Shown here: positions 55,600 to 64,000 of the stretch, piece after piece
How the letters are laid out: each line of letters starts with the position of its first letter
Numbering within the stretch: the stretch's first letter is position 1
Assembly (NCBI GenBank): GCA_037441475.1
Contig: JBBISB010000001.1
Location: 71,272-135,271, forward strand
Length of the DNA: 64,000 nt
Direction of reading: 5' to 3'
Source of the DNA: Candidatus Iainarchaeum sp.
Lineage (GTDB): Archaea; Iainarchaeota; Iainarchaeia; Iainarchaeales; CSSED10-239
Program-made: the position numbers and the translations under genes
Notes under the pieces: model-generated
Told to the model about the DNA's origin: nothing
Database searches by the model: none
The model's input: only the letters and a program-made list of their open reading frames with translations

Positions 55600-58500
55600 T
55601 TAAGGATTTGATGTTGTTGGACAATTGTAAGTAAGGGAAGATATATTATCTAAAATACCTTCATTTTCGGATACTGTGAAATTTACTTTACTATCAATCC
55701 ACTTAATATATGTTCTACTTGGAGATTTATAAATACATGCTTTTTCTTGTTTTATATACTCAAATAAATCTTCGACTGTTCTAAGGTTTTCTAAATTATT
55801 ACCAACCTCATGATCAGAACTTGAAAATAAAATATTTGAAGTTTGATTAACTCCTGAAGGATTTCCTTTTGTAAACACTTTTGTGTTAGGGTTATTATTA
55901 AGTTCATTTATTTTAAAATACATTGAAGAAATATTAAGTGCTGTTGGAAGATATAACATTGTGTTAATATCTATGTTACTATCTAAAACATTCTTTGTAT
56001 CTAAAATATATCTTGTTTCTTCTATTCCACTATAACGCATATCCTTATAGATTTTATCCTCTTTATACCATGTTAAAAAGCTATGTCCAATAACACTATT
56101 AAGTGAAGACTCATTATCTAAAAGAGAATATGAAAAATTATTATCCTTAAGACATGCAAGATGTGAAAAGATTGGTATAGGATAAGATGGAGTGTATGTC
56201 ATCTGTATGTAATCATCAGGAAGAGATTCAAGGAATAATATTTTACCTTCAGATTTAATTGTATTTCTTAAACCTGTTAAGGAATTATTATTAATTAATT
56301 TAAGTTCTTTAATAGGAGAGTTTACATTTGTATAATTGATGTTTACATCTTTGTTTAAAATAACAGAATCTTCACTAATTACCTTCACACCATAACCATT
56401 TCTTGTACCATCTTTATTTAAATTACCATTAAACGGCATATAATGGAAGACATTAAGCTCTGTTGATGGAAGATCTAATTCCTTTATTAGATTTATGTGT
56501 ATGAGCTGATCTGAAATTGTTCCTTTGTAAGCAGTATTATTTGTATTACCATAAACCATAACTTTGTAAATACCAGGAGTGTATACTTTTAAGTTAGGGT
56601 CATTATTAATAACTATCTTAAATTTACCTTGATTTACAGCTGCTACAGAAAAGATATCTGTATGTGGCTTATCATATGCATTGTATATTGTAGTAGGATG
56701 ACCAATAAAGTCTTTTAAAAGATCATCAGAGATACCATCATTCATTAATTTGATATAGAAGGCTTCAGTTACACCATTTTCTATCTTATTGAATATTGAA
56801 AGAAGCATTTGAAGAGAATCACATGCATATTTACTACTCATATTATTAGAAGAATCACCTATACATTTAGTCTTCCAAGATCCTGAATCTAAGGCCTTTT
56901 CACCCCAGTTAAAGAAAACCTTTGGAAGATTTGCTTCTCCTGTATAACAAGACTCTTTCTGAGCTTGACAATAACCTAAAATAAAAATATCACTACCTAT
57001 TTCTTGACCACCAACACCTAAACAATAATCAAAGGTGATATCTCTCTCTGTTTCATCAAGAGCTACCTTTGTAATTGTATAAGCTAAGGGCCTAGATTTA
57101 TTAAAATCAGGAACAGCATTATTTAAAATCTTAAAATTAAAAAATGTATTTGTGTTTCCTGTAGTTGTATCTTCAGTTAATGAAGAAAAATTATAATAGT
57201 AATTAATATTTCTATTAAAAGCTTCTTTTGTAAGGTTAAGAGTAGAAGATAAATTATTAACATTTATATTTTGATCTTCTGGAACTAAAGTTAAAGAGGT
57301 TAGAAGAGTGATGTCATAGTTATCTGTATTCTTTTTAAAAGAATATTTTTTATTTTCACTACAATCACTTAAAGTACAGTATATTAAAATATTATTATCT
57401 ATAGAAAAAACATCTACTAGGGAAGAAGAATCAAATACCTTTAAATTAACTTCTTCTGTAAAAGAAACTTCCTTTCCAGAAAGTAAGAAATTAAAGGTTA
57501 AAATAATGTTTCCTTGAGAAGGATAATTTCCTGAATAAGTATCATTAAATTTAAAAACAATAGGAATTACTTTACCAGAAGTAGATAAACTTTGATTTAC
57601 TGAAGATGCAAGAGAGTTATTAAAGATTGATGAATCTATAAATGAAGGAAGAGCACTTGAGGTAATATTCTTTAAAACAGCAGAGGAGGATGAAGAAAAG
57701 TTATAATCAATACTTATGTTTGGATTAAGATCCTTTATAATCTCAACAGTAAAAGTATTTTCATCCTTAAAGACACCTTTCTTAGGTGTTGGGTAAGATA
57801 AAGTGTAATTAATATTTCCGAGATTATTAACAGCAATAATAGTATTTGCATCTAACAAATATTGAAGAGAACCACCAATCTTTAAAATATTTCTATAACT
57901 ATTGTTAAATATGCCAGACTGATTAACATCTTGGTTTAATATCAAAGAAGTAATCACTTTAGTTTGATTTAAAGTAATAGGCTTTGGAATATTGTTATTT
58001 AAAGACATGTTTGACTTAATTAAAGAATTATTAAAAATACTTGAAGAACCAGTAAAAGATAAATCCTCTAAATTTCCTGAAATATTTGTAGATTTAACAA
58101 TAGTGTAATCTGTTTTATTAATATCACTAAAGACAACTTTATTGGTTAAAATATAATAGTTTGCAGAAGCATTTATTGAATCTTCTAAAATATTATACCC
58201 AGAGAATATCTTTTTAACTCTTGAAACTGTATTTCCTACAAATCCAAACTCAGGAGAAAATATAAAATAAAAATTAACGTTTTTATCAATATCTACAATA
58301 TCAGCATAGATATTTTGATTTACTAAAACACCCTGAGCATTTGTTGAACCTAAAGGAATAAGTTCAGAACCAAATTTTTGGTATTTAACAATAACATCTG
58401 AAACTGGAGAGCCATAGTTATCAAGAACCTTAAAAGAAACATTATTTTCTCCTATTATTAATTGATCATTAAAAACATCTGTTGTAATTTCAAAAACAAA

Positions 58501-61500
58501 ATTAACATCTGAATAATAGGAATAAACATTTGTATTTATGGTTGGAAAGTTTGTAAAAAGATTAGTAACTATCTTAGGTATTGAAAAAGTAGTATTTTCA
58601 AAGAAACCAGTAGGTCTAAATAAAGTATAAGTCCTTAAGAAATACCCTCTATTAATATCTACAACAGGAAGAGAGTAATTTACATCTTCAACGTTTATAT
58701 GATAGTAAATACCTTGGTCTGTGGTGTTATTATCACTACCAGGAAGTTCTCCACCAAGTGTTAAAAAACCAGTTAATAATAAAGGAACAGTATTATTATT
58801 ATCTTCAGACAAATCTCCTTGACTTGATGCTTGTTGAGGAGTTGAGTTTCCTAGAGAAGATAAATAACCATAACTTGAATACTTTAAATTATTGTTTGTG
58901 TAAACTGAAGTCTGTAAAGTTTTTCCATTTCTGGAAGTATTCTTAAGATATAGATATTCAACATCATACTTATAGTAATTATCAATAGAAACTGCATAAC
59001 CATCTGCATATGAAGGAAGAACAGTTCCATTAAAGTCCTTTATTTTAGTTTGATAAATATAATCTGTATTTTCAAAAGGTATTAAATATTTGTTTGTCTT
59101 TGCATAGAAGTATCCATTAGGATAGATTGGTATAGAGTTCCAGGAAACTGGTAAAGTAGGATCAAAGGAATAAGTTTGACCATAGATTGTTGAAAGACTT
59201 CTATAATTAAGGTTATAGTAATCAGTTGGGGCAATAGGAGTTTCTCTAAACTTAATGTTAACAGAAAATTCTAAGATGTTTGGTACTAAATCAATGAAAT
59301 CTATTTTAACCCATTTGTAACCATCTCCTGAATAATTATACTGCTTATCATTATTGTATGTTTGGTTAAAAGAAACTATATTAAAGTCAGGTATATGTTC
59401 TCCTGAAAACTTATACCCTCTTAAAACATCTACATCCTCTGAGATGATGTCTTCAGAGACTAAGAAGATATATTCATCATCAATAAATGTTTGATTACCA
59501 GCTCTTATGAAAGCATACTTCTCTTCTGCATCTAAAAGACAAGAGGTGTATTTAAGTTTTACTTTATACTCTTTATCTAAACCGTTTTCTATAAAGTCAA
59601 TCTTGTTAACAGTTGTTACACCTGATTTATCATAAAGACCTAAAACATCAAGCTTACCATTTTCACAGGAAGCTAGAGTTGATAAAGAAATTGTTTTAAA
59701 AATCTCTTGATCAGGAATTAAAGTTATTAGTTCTGTTTGGTAAGTGGTATAACCTGCAGAAGAAACTATAGCATACACTCTGTTTACTGAACCTGTAAAG
59801 TAATATTGTTTATTTGTATCACTATTAACAACCACATATTCAGTTACTGGGTCATGCATAGCATCATAGAAATTAATGTCATAAGATATATTTGGAGTAA
59901 CCTTAAGGTTTAATATCTTAGGAATATCCTTTAAATCAACTGAAAGTTTTAAGAAAGAATTAACATCTAGTTTTTTAATATTTGAAACTCCTTCTTTATC
60001 AACAACATTATGTATTGCATAAGCATAATAATCTCTATTTGCTCTTTGCATATTAAAGTTAACATCTCCAAATTGATTAGTAAATTTTGGTTCTAAGTTA
60101 ACAAGATCAAAAGAATCATTTGTTTTTCTGTAAAGATATACCTTTGCATTAGAAATATTTGATCCTTCATTCTTAACATTAACACCAATCATTCCAGAGT
60201 TAAGTTCTGAAGAAAACTCTAAAGGTATAATAACATTTGTATCTATTCCATTAACAACAAATGGATCTGGTTGAAGATAACCACTATCTTCTGTGTTTAG
60301 CACCCTTACCCTGTAATTGTAAAAATCAAGAACATTAAAGGTATAATGGTTTGTATCTTGAGCAATGTGCTCTTGAATAGAATAATTATTATCTGTATCT
60401 TTTAATTTTGAATCTAAGATGATATCTGCATAAACAGGTGCACCGGTGTTTGCATCTTTTAAAGTTACTGAAATGTATCCTGGTCTTCCTATACTACATG
60501 TTCCATCTGCATTCTGTTTTAAGAAAGGTTTTAAATGTGGGTTTAAACAGTCAATTTCTCCAGCTATACAATAATCTTGATATTTCAAGATACTACAGTC
60601 AAAGTCAAGAAGTTCTTGTAAAGTAAAAAGTCTAATCTCTGTGTTTGTGGTATTATTTTTTGTAACTGTAAAAGGACCTTTTAAAGGATGTGTTAAGTAA
60701 CCTTCTTTTGAAATTGTTAAAAGATATTGTTTAGGCTCTAAAGAAAATTCACCTAAACCATAAAGATCAGTTGTTTTTGAATCTAGTGGTAAAAGAACAG
60801 AAGAGGAAGAGTTATTGTAAACAGTTGCCTCTGAACCTGCAAGAGCAACTCCTGAAATGTTTTTAACAGAGAAACCTAATTTTCCTCTATCATTATTTAT
60901 TCTTGTTAAGTTTACTTTATTGTTTGATTCAATAACTTTATTTGTAACTGCTGAAAAATGATTTGAAGTTACAGAAACTCTTAAAGAACCACAAGCATAT
61001 GGTGTGTTTACTATTACCTTGCCTGTTGACACTAAGGTAGTTTTAGGTGTTGGTGTTTTTTCTGTGTTTGAACAACTAAAGGTTACATTTAATGTTGAGT
61101 TTGTTATTAATGTGTTTTCATTCTCAACAAACATTATCTCTCTTTCTTCAGCAGGGTTTTGTGGAACTAATGGGTTTTTAGTATCTATTGGAAGATATAC
61201 CTTCTGTCTTAAATTATTTTTATTTAATTTAAAAACATGTTCTGTGGGGTCATAGTTTTCTTTTGAGACTATTAAAGTTATGTTTTGTTTCTTTGACTTA
61301 AAGTCATAAAAGATAACTTCACCAAATACATCTGTACTTGCAAATGAAACATTCTTATCTTTAATCTGTAAAGTTACTAAAGCGTTGTTTAAAGGTACAT
61401 TTGAAGGGTTATAAACCTCTACAGCAATCGTCCAAGATTTATTGAAAGACAATCCTCCAGAAAATATTAAATAAAATAATAATAATAAAATTACTAAAAA

Positions 61501-61989
61501 TAAAATAAAACTTGGAAATACCTTGTCAATAGTATCTGTAAGTTTGTTTATAGGTATTACTTTACTTACACCATCAATCATCTTATAGTAGTTATCTTCA
61601 AAAAAGAAATACCCTCTCTTTAATGTATTTTTAACTCTTGTAAAAAAGCCTACTTTATGAACATCTTTTAAAGAAGCTTTACTTTTATTAATCTCAGAAT
61701 CCTTCTTTAAATCCTTAACATCTATCTTTTCTTTAGAAACATTGTTTACTGATAAAGATATTTCCTTTAAAACTTCATCTCTTGAAAGTGTTTTTTTAGT
61801 TTCTTGTTTTAAAGGTAATTTATTATCAGTTATCATCTTTACAACTATAGATGCTACTTTCTCAGAGTATCCTTGTTTCTTAATAGTTTCTTTAATCTCA
61901 TCAATAGTGTAGTTACTGGTTTTGTCTGAAAGTAAAGCATATAGCTTTGCAGCTTCTATTTTTTCTTGAGATTTTTTAAATATTGACAT
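55600..61989 (-). CDS. Giant (2129 aa) N-terminally anchored surface protein
   Basis: Uninterrupted 6.39-kb ORF. It has a ~155-aa soluble N-terminal domain and a single TM helix (FPSFILFLVILLLLFYLIFSGGL). The Asn/Ser/Thr-rich ectodomain of about 1950 aa has carboxypeptidase-regulatory/Ig-like beta-sandwich-like segments (e.g. ALVTLQIKDKNVSFASTDVFGEVIF) and many N-x-S/T sequons. Confidence 0.8.
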   Translation of the reverse strand: MSIFKKSQEKIEAAKLYALLSDKTSNYTIDEIKETIKKQGYSEKVASIVVKMITDNKLPLKQETKKTLSRDEVLKEISLSVNNVSKEKIDVKDLKKDSEINKSKASLKDVHKVGFFTRVKNTLKRGYFFFEDNYYKMIDGVSKVIPINKLTDTIDKVFPSFILFLVILLLLFYLIFSGGLSFNKSWTIAVEVYNPSNVPLNNALVTLQIKDKNVSFASTDVFGEVIFYDFKSKKQNITLIVSKENYDPTEHVFKLNKNNLRQKVYLPIDTKNPLVPQNPAEEREIMFVENENTLITNSTLNVTFSCSNTEKTPTPKTTLVSTGKVIVNTPYACGSLRVSVTSNHFSAVTNKVIESNNKVNLTRINNDRGKLGFSVKNISGVALAGSEATVYNNSSSSVLLPLDSKTTDLYGLGEFSLEPKQYLLTISKEGYLTHPLKGPFTVTKNNTTNTEIRLFTLQELLDFDCSILKYQDYCIAGEIDCLNPHLKPFLKQNADGTCSIGRPGYISVTLKDANTGAPVYADIILDSKLKDTDNNYSIQEHIAQDTNHYTFNVLDFYNYRVRVLNTEDSGYLQPDPFVVNGIDTNVIIPLEFSSELNSGMIGVNVKNEGSNISNAKVYLYRKTNDSFDLVNLEPKFTNQFGDVNFNMQRANRDYYAYAIHNVVDKEGVSNIKKLDVNSFLKLSVDLKDIPKILNLKVTPNISYDINFYDAMHDPVTEYVVVNSDTNKQYYFTGSVNRVYAIVSSAGYTTYQTELITLIPDQEIFKTISLSTLASCENGKLDVLGLYDKSGVTTVNKIDFIENGLDKEYKVKLKYTSCLLDAEEKYAFIRAGNQTFIDDEYIFLVSEDIISEDVDVLRGYKFSGEHIPDFNIVSFNQTYNNDKQYNYSGDGYKWVKIDFIDLVPNILEFSVNIKFRETPIAPTDYYNLNYRSLSTIYGQTYSFDPTLPVSWNSIPIYPNGYFYAKTNKYLIPFENTDYIYQTKIKDFNGTVLPSYADGYAVSIDNYYKYDVEYLYLKNTSRNGKTLQTSVYTNNNLKYSSYGYLSSLGNSTPQQASSQGDLSEDNNNTVPLLLTGFLTLGGELPGSDNNTTDQGIYYHINVEDVNYSLPVVDINRGYFLRTYTLFRPTGFFENTTFSIPKIVTNLFTNFPTINTNVYSYYSDVNFVFEITTDVFNDQLIIGENNVSFKVLDNYGSPVSDVIVKYQKFGSELIPLGSTNAQGVLVNQNIYADIVDIDKNVNFYFIFSPEFGFVGNTVSRVKKIFSGYNILEDSINASANYYILTNKVVFSDINKTDYTIVKSTNISGNLEDLSFTGSSSIFNNSLIKSNMSLNNNIPKPITLNQTKVITSLILNQDVNQSGIFNNSYRNILKIGGSLQYLLDANTIIAVNNLGNINYTLSYPTPKKGVFKDENTFTVEIIKDLNPNISIDYNFSSSSSAVLKNITSSALPSFIDSSIFNNSLASSVNQSLSTSGKVIPIVFKFNDTYSGNYPSQGNIILTFNFLLSGKEVSFTEEVNLKVFDSSSLVDVFSIDNNILIYCTLSDCSENKKYSFKKNTDNYDITLLTSLTLVPEDQNINVNNLSSTLNLTKEAFNRNINYYYNFSSLTEDTTTGNTNTFFNFKILNNAVPDFNKSRPLAYTITKVALDETERDITFDYCLGVGGQEIGSDIFILGYCQAQKESCYTGEANLPKVFFNWGEKALDSGSWKTKCIGDSSNNMSSKYACDSLQMLLSIFNKIENGVTEAFYIKLMNDGISDDLLKDFIGHPTTIYNAYDKPHTDIFSVAAVNQGKFKIVINNDPNLKVYTPGIYKVMVYGNTNNTAYKGTISDQLIHINLIKELDLPSTELNVFHYMPFNGNLNKDGTRNGYGVKVISEDSVILNKDVNINYTNVNSPIKELKLINNNSLTGLRNTIKSEGKILFLESLPDDYIQMTYTPSYPIPIFSHLACLKDNNFSYSLLDNESSLNSVIGHSFLTWYKEDKIYKDMRYSGIEETRYILDTKNVLDSNIDINTMLYLPTALNISSMYFKINELNNNPNTKVFTKGNPSGVNQTSNILFSSSDHEVGNNLENLRTVEDLFEYIKQEKACIYKSPSRTYIKWIDSKVNFTVSENEGILDNISSLTYNCPTTSNP

Positions 61990-62004
61990 ATCTTTTCTTA
62001 ATTT

Positions 62005-64000
62005 TTATTTTTTAAATAATGGTGTGAAAGGGAAGTTAAAAGAAGTTCCATCAATAGAACCTTCTATTCTGTAATTTTGATAATAACAAAAAATATCTTT
62101 CCCAGTTAAATCCATGTTAATATCATAATACCATTCTAAGTTGTTTAGGTTAAGCTTATATTCATAAAGATTTAATTTTTCATTTAAAACACCAGATATT
62201 GTTGCTTTGTTTGTGTAAAGTGGAAGGTGATTTTCTTTTGTAAAAGGGTTATAAAGATTATTTATTTTTGTAAAGGCAGAATTGTTTCTAGCATAGTATA
62301 TCTTAAGGTTGTTTGCATTAATAGTTCCTTGCTTTGAAGAAAATAAAGTGTATGTTTGTGAAAATTTATTTGCAGAGCCTGTTGGAAAAACAGCTGTACT
62401 TTCAAAATCATAATAATCACAGATTGAACATTCTGCGTTTTGTGTATAGTTTGTGCTAGGAGGTAAAAAGCCTTGAACCTCTCCTTGGTTTGCTAGATTA
62501 ATAGAAATATTTCCTGAAAGATAATCAAGATTTTGTGAAGGTTTTTTAATGTAACAAGCGTTGTTTACTTTTATTTTTCTATTAGTTGTATCTCCTGTAA
62601 TTCCATCTTCATTATAAGTAATACAACTATTAATACAAGAATTATAAATTAAATCATCTTCTGCTAACTGCTCTGGAGTACAAGTAAGTTCATTATCATC
62701 ACTTTCTTTACATAAACGATTCTCTTGACATTCATTCATACACTCATTATCATAATTAATTGTTGAAGAACTACTTAAAATAGTATATACTTTAAAAGGA
62801 AGATAACTTCCTGTCTGTAACTTTTGAATAACAACATCAGATTCATTAGGATCAGGTAATCTTTTACTATTAACAACTAAATTAAAATTATTTGTTTTAT
62901 TTATTAAATAATCAATAAAAACATTTTTTGTAACTCCTGAAACACCATTAAATCCATTTATAGTTCCTTTTAAACCATGAACATTTGATTCTAAATTAAT
63001 ATTTATATTTCCTATGTTATTTAAAATGCCAATATCTAAATTAGAAAGAAGGCTACCGCCATCTCCTCCATTCCCTGCTTTACTTTCATCAGGATAATTG
63101 TTTTTACGTCCACCATCATTACCTTTGCCTGCTAAGGAATTAATATTTAAGATACCGCTATTGTTGATACTACCTATCTGTTTAAAATCATTATTACAAA
63201 CTAATTTATTAAATTGAGAATCCCATACAGTGTTACAAAAAAATATATTTCCTCCATAACCACCATTTCCCCCTTTAGCTTCATCTTTTCTAGAACCACC
63301 ATCAAAACCAGTATTTCCTCCAAGTCCGCCTTTTCCTGCTAAAAGATTTATACTAAGAAGTTGAGTATTATCAATAGTATCTTTTATAAAAAAAGAAATA
63401 TGTCCACCATCTCCTCCATTTCCTCCGTTACCAGGTAAATTTCTAGAGGCACAATTATCAGGACTACTTCTTTTTGAAGAAGACCCATTTCCTCCATCAG
63501 CCCCATCTCCTGAAATTATTTTAAGATCAAGAGATCCATTATTCATAATTTTATCTAAAATAAACTTAACTTCTCCAGCATTTCCGGCATTAACTCCATG
63601 AGCAGGAGGAGAATTAGTACGATTATTACCAGTACACTTTGGAGCAGTTTTACCCTTTCCTGAATCTGCTGATTTAAGAAGTATATTTAATGTCCCATAA
63701 TTATAAATTGCATTATTATCAACATATACACTTCCACCTGATCTACCAGGATCACAAATACCAGTTGGTTTTTTAGCTTCTACAGTAAGATCTAAAGCAC
63801 TGCCTTCTAAAACAATTAAATTATTAAAATTAAAAGTTAAATCTTCTTTAATATATACTAAATCTCCTTCAGCCCAACTTACACAATAACTTCTTTCTTT
63901 AGTTCTCATTTCTATTTTAGAAGTTTTAGAAACAACTAAATTATTAAAATCAAAAGTAAAAGTTGCATTTCCAAGCTTATCGTTATTGTTTACAAAAATA
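62005..64000 (-). CDS. Large glycine-repeat (beta-helix-like) surface protein, 5'-truncated by the window edge
   Basis: The reading frame stays open from 63909 up to position 64000 (..ATFTFDFNNLVVSKTSKIEMRTKE..). Repeated G-rich turns are present: GDGADGGNGS, GNGGNGGDGGH, GKGGLGGNTGFDGGS, GGNGGYGGN, AGNGGDGGS. The gene is 15 nt upstream of the 2129-aa gene. Confidence 0.7.
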   Translation of the reverse strand, partial: IFVNNNDKLGNATFTFDFNNLVVSKTSKIEMRTKERSYCVSWAEGDLVYIKEDLTFNFNNLIVLEGSALDLTVEAKKPTGICDPGRSGGSVYVDNNAIYNYGTLNILLKSADSGKGKTAPKCTGNNRTNSPPAHGVNAGNAGEVKFILDKIMNNGSLDLKIISGDGADGGNGSSSKRSSPDNCASRNLPGNGGNGGDGGHISFFIKDTIDNTQLLSINLLAGKGGLGGNTGFDGGSRKDEAKGGNGGYGGNIFFCNTVWDSQFNKLVCNNDFKQIGSINNSGILNINSLAGKGNDGGRKNNYPDESKAGNGGDGGSLLSNLDIGILNNIGNININLESNVHGLKGTINGFNGVSGVTKNVFIDYLINKTNNFNLVVNSKRLPDPNESDVVIQKLQTGSYLPFKVYTILSSSSTINYDNECMNECQENRLCKESDDNELTCTPEQLAEDDLIYNSCINSCITYNEDGITGDTTNRKIKVNNACYIKKPSQNLDYLSGNISINLANQGEVQGFLPPSTNYTQNAECSICDYYDFESTAVFPTGSANKFSQTYTLFSSKQGTINANNLKIYYARNNSAFTKINNLYNPFTKENHLPLYTNKATISGVLNEKLNLYEYKLNLNNLEWYYDINMDLTGKDIFCYYQNYRIEGSIDGTSFNFPFTPLFKK

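Noticed and set aside
1-64000. CRISPR arrays, rRNA genes, transposases or integrases.
   Set aside because: None was found on reading both strands. The only tandem repeats are a 60-bp duplication (18773-18891) and a 19-bp promoter repeat (41295-41341), and neither has repeat-spacer architecture. No ORF shows DDE, tyrosine-recombinase or serine-recombinase motifs.

Overview
This is a very AT-rich archaeal chromosome segment, roughly 25-30% G+C by eye. The gene content is unambiguously archaeal: split RNA polymerase subunits B''/B' and A'/A'', RpoH, L30e, aEF-2, archaeal-type ProRS/AlaRS and an ATP-dependent DNA ligase. The small proteins, bacterial-type HU, giant surface proteins and eroded metabolism suggest a reduced DPANN-type symbiont, but that is inference.

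Layout:
- 0-7 kb: membrane proteins, a U32 peptidase, an ArsR-like regulator and an FAD oxidoreductase.
- 7.7-12.1 kb: a tightly packed thymidylate-cycle operon, glyA / DNPH1-like / tmk / thyA / folA / alkD-like. Both thyA and folA are disrupted.
- 12.6-22.3 kb: an accessory, decaying island. It holds hypotheticals, an intact VapBC pair, a 937-bp ORF-free region with inverted repeats and hairpins, an orphan FlaI/VirB11-like ATPase, and six disrupted genes (a phosphatase, a kinase with a 60-bp tandem duplication, and all three genes of an ABC transporter).
- 22-26 kb: a K+ channel, DtdA, a DXR-fold protein with substituted catalytic motifs, and an unannotated 42-aa lysine-rich gene.
- 26.6-41 kb, minus strand: EF-2, then a 3-gene insertion, then S7-S12, a non-NusA ORF, L30e, rpoA''-rpoA'-rpoB'-rpoB''-rpoH.
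- 41-54.8 kb: a KaiC-like ATPase, DNA ligase, proS, tRNA-Pro, a membrane-anchored PLD-type protein, alaS, a methyltransferase, hisS, tRNA-His, HU and tRNA-Arg.
- 54.8-64 kb: a locus of two giant surface proteins (2129 aa and more than 660 aa, the latter truncated by the window edge) plus two small membrane proteins.

I found no rRNA, CRISPR array, transposase or integrase.

Most notable observations:
- Non-random gene decay. Frameshifts in A/T homopolymers and five in-frame stops hit accessory and metabolic genes, while multi-kb essential genes stay intact.
- The ORF-free island with dif-like inverted repeats, sitting at a gene-orientation switch.
- A 23-nt identical GC-rich motif present as an inverted pair bracketing the RNAP/ribosomal block.
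- The cassette inserted between S7 and EF-2.
- The giant surface-protein locus.

All calls rest on reading the sequence and on remembered family motifs. No searches or computations were run. Hand-derived coordinates (tRNAs, pseudogene ends) may be off by 1-2 nt.
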